Positions 57,901-64,000 of a stretch of DNA of 64,000 nucleotides are shown one piece after another; position 1 is the stretch's first letter, and each line of letters begins with the position of its first letter. The notes below the pieces were generated by a model. That model worked only from the letters and a program-made list of their open reading frames with translations, was not told the DNA's origin and ran no database searches. The stretch is taken from positions 31,664,772-31,728,771 of the forward strand of contig JAHRHZ010000133.1 in NCBI GenBank assembly GCA_024137785.1, read 5' to 3'. The position numbers were made by a program, and so were the translations under genes. This DNA is from Ginglymostoma cirratum. Its lineage: Eukaryota.

Positions 57901-60900
57901 CAGGTGAAAACATTTTTCTGCAAGATGACTTTAATGTGCCCTATTTAAACATCAAGCTTTAGGGGGCCTCTTGTGGTGCAGTGGTAGTGACCCTACTCCT
58001 GGAGTGGGAGGCCCAGTTTCAAGTCCCACTGCTCCACAGATGTGTAATAACATCTCTGAAGAGGTTGATTAGAAAAACAGGTTAAACATCAAGCCAATAA
58101 AGTAAGCAAATGGTTCAGGTCCTATTTATGATGTTGCCAATCAGGACAAACTTACAGCATCAAAACTGTCAGAATCCCAATGCATTTATTGATCATTGAA
58201 GGTGGCCTTATGAATTAACAGATACCTTGATCAGAATACTGCTCGCCTTATATCATTCAAACTCATGAATAGTTCAAGGTCATCACATCTGGTCCCGAAA
58301 AACACCCCTTCTATTTAGATTAAGGTACTTTAAAAGTTGGAGCAGTGTGTGCACCTAGCTATTCAGTCTGTTACTATGAAACAGCAACATGAGTGGTGTT
58401 CACCAATACCAGGATGTTGTTGTAAGCCAAAAACACATTCTGCCTGACATGCACGTGGGTAATGTGGTATTTCAATTTCGGTACGGTATGTAGACCATAC
58501 GTCCTAAAGGCTGTGAAACTGTATTGTACTGAATAGTGTGTCCCTTCAGCTGTTCAGAACAAACAAGATACTGACCTTAATCCAACCAGCCCAGGGTTGC
58601 TAGACTGAAAACACAATGTCCAACATTAGATGGGATTCTGCAATTAGATGGCATTTACTAAACAATCTTGAGTGTGTGAAGAATTACACTGGCACCCAAT
58701 GTAGGATTGTCAGTTTGGTTCACCATATGGCAAACTTGCACATCATGGAAGCAAAATGTATCAATAAGCTGTTCTTTGCAGATAGAAACAACACATGTAC
58801 ACACTGTGACTCATTCAATTCAACAAAAAAGTTGCTTGAATTCTCTGGTTTGGGTTGCAGGACGATGCTTTAACCAATTTGAGTTAACATACTTGTTTGA
58901 AATTTAGATAAAATTACCAGCCAACTGTCAGTCATCAACTAACTGATGTACCCCTCTATGGTAATCCCTCCACCAATCAGAGCCCACTTGCCAACTAAAC
59001 AGCACTCTACTCTCATACTGTATAAATGTTGTTTTCCCTTCACGATGATTTTTCTAGAAAGCTGCCTGATAAAAACGAGGCGAACAGCTACAACATAGTG
59101 TCTTTATTCAGCAATAGTTAAGAAAATATGTTTAAACTGGGATATGTTTATGATTGGTCATAGTCACTTAGAGGGTGATGAGTCTTTGGAATTCTCCAGC
59201 CCAAAGAGTTGTGGAAGATCTGTTGTTTGAGTACGTTCAAGACAGAGATTGACAGAATTTAGGTAATAAAGATATTAAGGGAAAATTGGATATAGCAGGA
59301 AGTTGTCATTGAGATAGATCAACCATCATTAGTTGAATAGCAGAATAGGCTAGAGGGGTTGAATGGCCTGCTGCTCCCAGGCAAAAAGTTGTGAAAAGTT
59401 ATTTTTGATATCAAAAAGTAGATAGAGATGATGAAGAGTTGGTGAAAAGATGTGATTTTGTGTCCCACATTGAGAAATGAATGTACCAAAAGTTCTTTTC
59501 ATTCCAGAGGAACACCAGAGAACTGGAATGGGTACATTTGATTTCTTTGAAGTGGAAAGGAAGGCTTTAGTTGATAACTTTAGCAAGTTGATAAATATTC
59601 AGCTTAAGTTCAATAATGCAAGTGAATATAACGGACCGGACAGTATAAATTCCAAGTGGAGTAGAACACCGTCGTTTCATCGGAGGCTGCACTGATGATG
59701 TCACCTAGCATGGTGACAAAACGTCTGAACAAGAACAAGCCAGCTCGGCGAGCAAGTCAACAACCTCAATTGGGTTTGTAATTTCTGCATTGTCAGAAGT
59801 GTTGCTATCAGATAATGGTTCATAATTTATGACAGAAACACTTGAAATATTTCTAAGTGGATTCACACACACTCTAATACCATCATATCACCTGTCATCA
59901 ATCAGTGCTGCAGAAAAAAGTGTATAGACTATGAAAAGGTTTTTGCAGAAGTATTTGCTGGGACAACTAGGCCATAATTTCCATGTTTCTCCTCAACACT
60001 GGCTTGATACTTTTCTGCTCTCTTACAAAATTCACCACAATCTACAAGAGGTTGCTTAGTTTAGGATTTAGTGTTTAAACACATTTCTAGGACCAAGTTT
60101 AGTTTGTTTAAGTCTCATAGCAAATAAGTGAAAAGCAACATTAAGTGAAGATGTGTCATAATACACCCGTGTGAAACTTACTTACAGCTGACTGCTTGGT
60201 CAGAGGGTTGTGGTGAAAAGCAATTGAGATGATAAGAAGTACGTGATTGGAATTGTTGTAAATAGACTAGCATTCAGATTATAGAGAGACTCCATCAGAG
60301 TCAGTGTCATGTAGATCTTTTGCTTGAAAGAGGAAACCTGACAAAAAGAAAGCATAAGAAACCTCCCAAAGACCATTTCCTCATAAAGCTCTTAAGGGAA
60401 AATCAGAAAGAAAGTGAGAGTCACAAAGGAACTGAGAGCTTATGCGGACTATAGAATCCACCAGCACAACAAAGTTAGGTACCATCTTTGATGAAAACAA
60501 ATCAATCAATGTCACAGTCCCAACTACTATGCAGAGTTAATAGCCAAAGTCAAAGTTCGGGTTTGACACAATCAGAGATGCGAAGAGAACAGAGACAAGC
60601 TAATGGAAATGGAAGGATACTAACTAAAACTTTGTTAGAAGGAAGAATAAAAGAGCATTCTTTCCACCATTGTTTGTGAAAGTGTAGCATTTTTGTGAAT
60701 CACATACTGATGTTAAAGAAAGAAACAACTTCTTAAAGATATAAATTACTCTGGTAGTATCAGCTATATATTTTTTGAATACAGTAAAACAAGTTTGCAA
60801 CCCAATCTGTTAAATGTTCACATAAGATTTAGTTATATTGCATTCTGGGAACTTTTGTATCTTTACATTTACTGTATCATGTGTTTAAGAGAGCAGGAAC

Positions 60901-63900
60901 AAGCATTCTGTTATACCATATTGCCTTTTCTCTGGGCAGGTGTAAATCACACTGTTCATGAAACGGCTGTCTGCTGTGACGCCGTGTGTTAATCTTTTCT
61001 CAGTGTAATAAACAACAATTTGAATTTCCTGAATAAATAAAAAAACAAATATGTGTAGTTAGTCTTGCACTGCAATATGTCATTAAGCACCCCTCATCCA
61101 AAGTGCATCCTGTGCCTTTACTATGGCAGGATTTGAACCCAGGTCCGCAGAACATGATCTAGGTCTCAGGATTAATATGTTTGATGATACCACTAGGCCA
61201 TTGCCTTCCCATATTCATAATGTGGCAGGACTGTAGAGCTAGATCTGATTTGTTGATAGTGAAATTGTTTAGCCCTACTTATTGCATGCTGTTTCCACTG
61301 TTTGGCATGTATGTACTCCTGCGTTGTAGCTTCACCAGATTAACACCAAACTTTTAGATATTTCCTGCACAGCCCCTGACATGTCCTCCTCCATTATTCA
61401 TTGAATCTGATCTCCTGGCTTAATGGAAATGGTAGAGTGGAAGATATAGTAGGCCATGAGCTTACAGATTGTGGTTAAATACAATTCAGCTACCTGAAGC
61501 CTCAGGAATGCCCAGTTTCGAGTTGCTGGATGTTGGATGTTCTGTCCCAGTCAGCACAGGGATAGGGCTACACCACAAAATAAAGGATTTTAATATAATA
61601 GAGGATGTCCTTGATGTGAGGACAGGACTCTATCTCCACAACTACTCTGCAGTTGACACTCCTACGAATGCTGTCATGAACTGACGCATTTGCAATAGAT
61701 AGGTTGGTGAGGATCAGGTCAAGTATGTTATTTCCACCAGTTTACTCACGACCAGCCACAGACCCAGTCTAGCAGCAACGTCCTCTGTCAGTTCACTGTT
61801 TAGTGGAACAAATGAGCTACTCTTCGTCATGGACATTGAAGGCCCTCATCCAGAGTGCCACCTCAGCTTCCTTAAAAGTGGTGTTCAACATGATCGATTC
61901 ATCCATGGAGGAGGTTTGTAGATGGTAATCAGAAGGAGGATTTATTGCCCATGTTTGACCTGATGCCATGAGACCTCATGGCTTTGGGAATCAATCAACA
62001 TCGAGGACTTCCAGGGCAACTCTCTCCCAAATGTATACAATTGTGCTACTACCTTTGGTGGGTCTGTGTTTTTGCCGGGACAGGGCATACCCAGGGATGA
62101 CAAGGTGTAGAACTGGATGAACGCAGCAGGCCAAGCAGCATCAGAGGAGCAGGAAAGCTGACGTTTCAGGCCTAGACCCTTCTTCAGNNNNNNNNNNNNN
62201 NNNNNNNNNNNNNNNNNNNNNNNNNNNNNNNNNNNNNNNNNNNNNNNNNNNNNNNNNNNNNNNNNNNNNNNNNNNNNNNNNNNNNNNNNNNNNNNNNNNN
62301 NNNNNNNNNNNNNNNNNNNNNNNNNNNNNNNNNNNNNNNNNNNNNNNNNNNNNNNNNNNNNNNNNNNNNNNNNNNNNNNNNNNNNNNNNNNNNNNNNNNN
62401 NNNNNNNNNNNNNNNNNNNNNNNNNNNNNNNNNNNNNNNNNNNNNNNNNNNNNNNNNNNNNNNNNNNNNNNNNNNNNNNNNNNNNNNNNNNNNNNNNNNN
62501 NNNNNNNNNNNNNNNNNNNNNNNNNNNNNNNNNNNNNNNNNNNNNNNNNNNNNNNNNNNNNNNNNNNNNNNNNNNNNNNNNNNNNNNAAGGCCCGAAACG
62601 TCAGCTTTCCTGCTCCTCTGATGTTGCTTGGCCTGCTGCGTTCATCCAGCTCTACACCAGATTCTCCGGCATCTGCAGTTCCTACTATCTCTCATACCCA
62701 GAGGTGGTAGCGTCTCTGACCCCATGCGCTGAGTAAGACGTTCTTCCCTTTTACAGTGATAACAATGTGCGAATGAAATTTTCCAAAATATAAATTAAGT
62801 ATACATTTAAAATGTACTTGATTCTCCTCCTTAAAAACATACAGAGACGTATGTTGGAAATTGCAATATTCCCATTAACTTATTATCCAATACCTTTAAT
62901 GGTGCTTGAACTAGAGTCATTTGAGGTGCATTTCATTTTGATGGCAGTTAGGATATCTTGTAGCTTTTGAAACATCCCTGTGTCTTCATCATGTTGGCTT
63001 TCACTCATTATATATCCAATATTTGCATCATTCTTGTCACATTTGAAGTCTTTGTTTTCCCAGAAACTATCTTCAAAAGTGTTTACTTTTTGGAGAATGT
63101 TATTAAAACCATTGTTACAATTCTCATTCTCTAGCTGTTCAAGAATTTCTTCCAACCAAAAGAGCTTTGTTTTATCAAAGCATCCTTCCAAATGCTGCAG
63201 ATGAGCAATACCCATGTGCTCTTTTAATAATTTAAGATTACTATAAAGATTTGTGCTATCAGATGATGTATGCCTTACTCTGAGTTTCTCAAATGGTTTC
63301 TTTCCTTCTTCTAAAGGTGACTGTACTCCCCAGAACGCGGAACTGCTAGTTTGGTCGTCACTGAATTTAATATCTCTTGCTGGAGTTATTTCTTCATCAG
63401 TCACATGTCTTGTTTTATGTTCATTTTCAGAAATAGCTTGATTTATATTTTCAGTGGCAGCATCTGGATTAGGCTTAACTGCTGCACTTAACTGACTTGT
63501 ATGTTGACTTATATGAGCGGAGATGTCTGTCAGTTTTTCAGAATCACTCAATGCTTTTTCTGTCCACGCATTTAGGGTAACAGGATCAATCGGTGGTTGT
63601 GTAGCTTTTTCACTTATTGTATCCTTAATCTCTCTATGGTTGTCATTTGTTTCAACTCCCCTTATTTCCTCGATAATCTGTTGTGGTTCAACTTTAGTAT
63701 CAGTGTCCTCAGCCCTACTGAAACTTTCTCCAGTAAGATTCATATTCTCAGAAAGCAGTGAATTCACAAGCTCTCCTAAAGGCTCAGATTCTATAGTTTT
63801 ATGCATCTTGTTTCTTTTTGCACTATTTATGGTTGCGTTACTATTAACTTTGGTTACTTTTGTTTCTTCCTCTGACAAATCCTCTGTGGTAAGTAAAACA

Positions 63901-64000
63901 ACAGATTGTTCTCCTGATTCTAAAGTTACTTTATCGCCCGTGATTTTTTGTTGATGGAAAGAGTTCTCCTGTTTCAAGGTTGTGCCATCATTTGAAACAT
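12812..64000 (-). CDS. MIA2: MIA2 / cTAGE5 (TALI), ER-export factor of the TANGO1 family; 25 coding exons in window, 5' part (SH3/MOTH) outside window
   Basis: Exon chain with consistent phases encoding luminal region, TM helix, coiled coils (QQKLKIMTELYHEKEMELQR; IVSHEKKAHDNWLSAR) and proline-rich tail, matching recalled human cTAGE5 exon by exon. Synteny with FBXO33 favours MIA2 over MIA3. Confidence 0.93.
15370..15840 (-). mobile_element. CR1 LINE 3' fragment
   Basis: Reads EVYKITRG...RTSGHRFKV...FFTQRVVHVW, the typical CR1 ORF2 C-terminus, plus 3' tail. Confidence 0.8.
17600..18620 (-). mobile_element. Decayed LINE (CR1/L2 group), RT C-terminal part and 3' end
   Basis: MFSDDC (FADD-like) in ORF 18180-18476; related to 34050-34830 and 61200-62720. 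Confidence 0.7.
19039..19267 (-). CDS. MIA2: MIA2 proline-rich exon (GTSNIS...FDPRGHFLHRG...PPHPPME)
   Basis: ctgcag| and A|GTAAGT; cf. recalled human DARGPFLRRG. Confidence 0.9.
19486..19556 (-). CDS. MIA2: MIA2 exon (GECPTLESGMEISNSAPGNQTQVQ), probable GC donor
   Basis: gaacag| acceptor; needed to bridge phase 1 to phase 0; donor CAA|GCAAGT. Confidence 0.75.
20135..20410. mobile_element. Fold-back PLE-derived repeat (family C) with decayed hammerhead at ~20271-20305
   Basis: Inverted arms TACTGCAGATACTGGAAGTCTGAAATAAAAAC / GTTCTTATTTCAAATCTCCAGCATCCACAGTA. Confidence 0.65.
20927..21064 (-). CDS. MIA2: MIA2 exon (...DRLSDHHGQQSDSGSLSPVWERERK...)
   Basis: acaag| and G|GTATAT; SD.GSLSP.W motif. 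Confidence 0.92.
21331..21459 (-). CDS. MIA2: MIA2 exon (GSSPYGSSPVGRPGSDSMGFLSPPLVDGPLRFSPLFPG...)
   Basis: ttgcag| and |GTAATA; SPYG..P and FLSPP..GPLR.SP motifs. Confidence 0.93.
22341..22453 (-). CDS. MIA2: MIA2 exon (ITEAELKMDVALKDP...VPPYR)
   Basis: ttttacag| and G|GTACTG; phase 2-1. Confidence 0.88.
22495..22620 (-). mobile_element. Short tRNA-like SINE (~120-bp family)
   Basis: Reverse complement of the 44-kb cluster units. Confidence 0.6.
23350..24210 (-). mobile_element. CR1 LINE fragment
   Basis: VRPHLEYYVQFWTPHLRKD motif. Confidence 0.8.
25579..25646 (-). CDS. MIA2: MIA2 exon (LSAREADRELGNIKRENIHLRQK)
   Basis: ttgtag| and |GTAAGT. Confidence 0.92.
26419..27941 (+). mobile_element. 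Penelope-like retroelement (Neptune-type GIY-YIG), 5'-truncated with inverted 5' arm; 14-bp TSD CCAAGATGTCACAA (26405-26418, 27942-27955)
   Basis: Cys linker GTFSCNRRKCYTCPY, LYISETK, and LEEQHLMFRLGSLQSNGLNVD; pLTR with hammerhead-like motif at 27819-27846; 26419-~26962 is an inverted copy of ~27250-27786. Confidence 0.9.
28055..28090 (-). CDS. MIA2: MIA2 36-nt exon (IVSHEKKAHDNW)
   Basis: ttacag| and |GTGAGT; family signature HEKKAHDNW. Confidence 0.95.
28290..28680 (-). mobile_element. Decayed L2-like LINE 3' end
   Basis: Similar to 53790-54340; no intact ORF. Confidence 0.4.
29435..29495 (-). CDS. MIA2: MIA2 exon (QRAKDLEEELVKTIESYKNQ)
   Basis: ttgcag| and |GTACGT; RAKDLEEEL motif. Confidence 0.93.
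29575..29676 (-). CDS. MIA2: MIA2 exon (NLTLEEHQRLQKEEKLSEVDEKINQATEELSIYR)
   Basis: catag| and |GTAACT; phase 2-2. Confidence 0.93.
30419..30557 (-). CDS. MIA2: MIA2 exon (ERIEKLQLEQ...QQKLKIMTELYHEKEMELQR)
   Basis: tggcag| and |GTACAA; highly conserved second coiled coil. Confidence 0.93.
31410..32710 (+). mobile_element. CR1 LINE (RT region to 3' end, internally deleted)
   Basis: MANVAPLFKK...DYRPISLIS, QHGFVKGRSCL and RLHLECCEQFCAPHL motifs; 3' tail CTGCTCCTATATCTTAT. Confidence 0.88.
33747..33837 (-). CDS. MIA2: MIA2 exon (LNAGLKSAEDERNQIYSKLSDEIKAKQELM)
   Basis: ttttag| and |GTAAAT; ERNQIY motif. Confidence 0.92.
34050..34830 (-). mobile_element. Decayed LINE fragment (same family as 17600-18620)
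   Basis: Shared sequence blocks with the 17.6-kb copy. Confidence 0.6.
35178..35508 (-). mobile_element. tRNA-derived SINE (SacSINE1/DeuSINE-like)
   Basis: A and B boxes on - strand; body matches 3270-3578. Confidence 0.78.
36235..36290 (-). CDS. MIA2: MIA2 exon (EMSEEQQKEKIKKLIYVAK)
   Basis: attag| and |GTAAGT; cf. recalled human LKKLIHAAK. Confidence 0.88.
37420..38590 (+). mobile_element. CR1 LINE fragment
   Basis: EFQKVFNTVLH, SKFADDTKVG and LVRSYLEHCVQ motifs. Confidence 0.85.
40055..40800 (-). mobile_element. CR1 3' fragment nested in the + strand CR1
   Basis: ATAGAAACATAGAA tail; ILCAVLGNLSEEG (frameshifted EYCVRFW region). Confidence 0.72.
40123..40463 (-). mobile_element. HE1-like V-SINE, full length, TSD TATCAT
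   Basis: Head GGGCGGCATGGTGGCTCAGTGG (A box) and GGTTCGATT (B box); V-domain GTGTGGAGTTTGCACATTCTCC...GGGTTTCCTCCGGGTGCTCCGGTTTCCTCCCACAGTCCAAAGA. Confidence 0.9.
41571..41637 (-). CDS. MIA2: MIA2 exon (TLTSCLLKMKLWNVAEEESPAE)
   Basis: tttag| and |GTAATA; LLKMK motif. Confidence 0.9.
41718..41840 (-). CDS. MIA2: MIA2 exon (LLRESEGWEERYSEL...KENEVK)
   Basis: ctgtag| and |GTAAGG; 123 nt. Confidence 0.92.
42651..42755 (-). CDS. MIA2: MIA2 exon (TTNELKAIQ...EENHHLKQSKEQ)
   Basis: ttttaag| and |GTATAG; 105 nt. Confidence 0.88.
42840..42911 (-). CDS. MIA2: MIA2 exon (ITEIQANLTALENEAQNLQVQIEE)
   Basis: ttgaag| and |GTAAGG; 72 nt. Confidence 0.88.
43063..43173 (-). CDS. MIA2: MIA2 exon (DTYAKLDKSN...EEEKQTRSQCSNL)
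   Basis: Poly-T acceptor and |GTATGT; coiled coil. Confidence 0.9.
43900..44880 (+). repeat. Cluster of 5 full and 1 partial short tRNA-like SINE units, all in the same orientation
   Basis: Units at ~43955, 44097, 44290, 44635 and 44755 share (with variation) TTGTGG..CAGTGGT, TTCAAGTCCCA.CTGCTCCAGA and AACATCTCTGAACAGGT.GATTA. Confidence 0.75.
45830..45907 (-). CDS. MIA2: MIA2 exon (YKEFESSVKNAADLKESTETKTLQLQ)
   Basis: ttttcag| and |GTAAGA; 78 nt. Confidence 0.88.
46192..46280 (-). CDS. MIA2: MIA2 exon (GREKQLAGTVSQLLNEKCKFLERLSDCTQK)
   Basis: Canonical splice sites, phase 1-0, GREK motif. Confidence 0.9.
46384..46405 (-). CDS. MIA2: MIA2 22-nt exon (IKSRRYLG)
   Basis: tttttag| and |GTAAGT; cf. 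recalled human VRSRLYVG. Confidence 0.88.
46555..46686 (-). CDS. MIA2: MIA2 transmembrane exon (MMDVLSEDP...LFLIPALVGFVTTFLFIQRICRA); alternative in-frame acceptor at 46698
   Basis: Hydrophobic helix followed by basic residues; donor |GTAAGT. Confidence 0.88.
47377..47577 (+). mobile_element. 201-bp fold-back PLE pLTR derivative, 14-bp TSD TGCATTAATTTTTC (47363-47376, 47578-47591)
   Basis: About 65-bp inverted arms around a loop that holds a hammerhead remnant; perfect TSD. Confidence 0.85.
48560..48900. repeat. Degenerate ~43-bp minisatellite, about 8 units
   Basis: ACTGCAATTC-like anchors at 48571, 48611, 48653, 48697, 48739, 48782, 48826 and 48869. Confidence 0.7.
48880..49200 (-). promoter_or_regulatory. 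CpG-rich internal promoter and putative first exon (~49130..49048) of the short cTAGE5-type isoform
   Basis: Local CpG patch in an AT-rich intron; YY1-like AAGATGGCG (~49093-49101, -); ETS-like CGGAAG (~49147-49152, -); donor CCA|GTAAGA at 49048/49047. Confidence 0.6.
49280..49590 (-). mobile_element. PLE pLTR remnant (family C) with pyrimidine-rich upstream tract
   Basis: On + strand, GAACTGCGGATGCTG...GCTGGAAAAGCTCAGCAAGTCTGGCAG followed by a purine-rich tract. Confidence 0.6.
49812..50085 (+). mobile_element. tRNA-derived SINE (SacSINE1/DeuSINE-like)
   Basis: B-box GGTTTGAATCCC; reverse complement of the 35178 copy. Confidence 0.72.
50122..50240 (+). mobile_element. Short tRNA-like SINE (~120-bp family)
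   Basis: GGTTCAAATCCCACCTGCTCCAGA...AACATCTCTGAAC. Confidence 0.65.
50510..50765 (+). mobile_element. CR1 3' end
   Basis: MRKNFFFQRVVYLWD motif. Confidence 0.75.
50790..51560 (+). mobile_element. Decayed Penelope-like element (family D): GIY-YIG remnant plus inverted and direct pLTR pieces
   Basis: EFQC, SQRLTNRIRQH and SAIGQHLL motifs; homologous to 58350-59120; hammerhead remnant at 51491-51521. Confidence 0.65.
53790..54340 (-). mobile_element. Decayed L2-like LINE 3' end
   Basis: Resembles recalled shark L2 tails; no ORF. Confidence 0.4.
54582..54685 (-). CDS. MIA2: MIA2 exon (EYQPSVQKIDVYKVANSFYLDFQAIQILTDQFIKN)
   Basis: cttaacag| and |GTAAGT; resembles recalled human IDVYDFMNS...IVILTER just upstream of the TM exon. 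Confidence 0.85.
54776..55177 (-). CDS. MIA2: MIA2 luminal exon (DAFSSGDALEAG...ATENTK)
   Basis: ttttacag| acceptor and G|GTAAGC donor; 402 nt; phase 1-1. Confidence 0.85.
57530..57720 (-). mobile_element. Inverted pLTR copy of PLE family D
   Basis: Reverse-complement similarity to 58900-59040. Confidence 0.55.
57961..58078 (+). mobile_element. Short tRNA-like SINE (~120-bp family)
   Basis: TGGTGCAGTGG A box; TTTCAAGTCCCAC B-box-like. Confidence 0.68.
58350..59120 (+). mobile_element. Decayed Penelope-like element (family D): GIY-YIG C-terminus plus pLTR
   Basis: NVVFQF, RYVDHTS, SAIRWHLLNNLEC and LHIMEAKCINK; pLTR with CCAAT, TATAAA and a decayed hammerhead at ~59066. Confidence 0.68.
59140..59380 (+). 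mobile_element. CR1 3' end
   Basis: RVMSLWNS motif and GAATGGCCTGCTGCTCC tail. Confidence 0.65.
59430..60330 (+). mobile_element. Gypsy/Ty3 LTR-retrotransposon integrase relic (interrupted)
   Basis: DFFEVERK...VDNFSK and LSDNGS*FM...HTLIPSYHLSSISAAEKSV*TMKR, matching the integrase DDE core (SDNG...PYHPxSNGxAER). Confidence 0.72.
59634..59768 (+). mobile_element. Solo Penelope pLTR (family E) with near-intact minimal hammerhead at 59692-59725
   Basis: TATAAAT, then CTGATGA-T-GTCACC-TAGCAT-GGTGAC-AAAACGTC; inserted within the integrase relic. Confidence 0.72.
62100..62692. mobile_element. Young fold-back PLE (family A): inverted pLTRs flanking an assembly gap; TSD CATACCCAG(G/A)G(A/G)TG
   Basis: 62104-62172 is a near-perfect reverse complement of 62590-62658; TSD at 62086-62099 and 62693-62706. 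Confidence 0.82.
62188..62587. other. Assembly gap (400 N)
   Basis: Run of Ns. Confidence 1.
62894..64000 (-). CDS. MIA2: MIA2 large luminal exon (partial, continues beyond window)
   Basis: More than 1.1 kb of open frame rich in E/S/T/K, open to the window edge; phase-1 donor G|GTATTG at 62894/62893. Confidence 0.85.

Larger units (their letters stand above)
61200..62720 (-). mobile_element. Decayed LINE (CR1/L2 group) hosting a PLE insertion
   Basis: Decayed LINE-like sequence on both sides of the 62100-62692 insert. Confidence 0.5.

Noticed and set aside
62980-63954. + strand hydrophobic ORFs
   Set aside because: Antisense shadows of the MIA2 luminal exon.
12812-64000. Assignment as MIA3/TANGO1
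   Set aside because: Adjacency to FBXO33 and motifs such as ERNQIY, IDVY..NS and the C-terminus fit MIA2/cTAGE5 better.

Overview
Eukaryotic genomic DNA, very probably from a shark (inferred from HE1/V-SINE-like, DeuSINE-like, CR1 and Penelope-like repeats). It holds two convergent (tail-to-tail) genes, the arrangement I recall for the human locus. FBXO33 (+) has a CpG-island promoter and 3 coding exons (1812 to 9197). MIA2/cTAGE5 (TALI, TANGO1 family; -) has 25 coding exons that I traced by hand with consistent splice phases, from a large luminal exon running off the right edge to the stop at 12812. A second GC/CpG-rich patch near 49 kb looks like the internal promoter of the short cTAGE5 isoform. 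The introns are full of decayed CR1/L2 LINEs, tRNA-derived SINEs, a Gypsy integrase relic and several Penelope-like element (PLE) families. I found no convincing novel protein-coding system. The most unusual signal is non-coding: fold-back PLE derivatives with 14-bp target-site duplications and minimal hammerhead-ribozyme motifs from about 5 families, one with an intact core in the MIA2 sense orientation beside a 400-N gap. Homology calls come from my recall of human sequences and repeat consensus motifs, not from database searches. Repeat boundaries are approximate.
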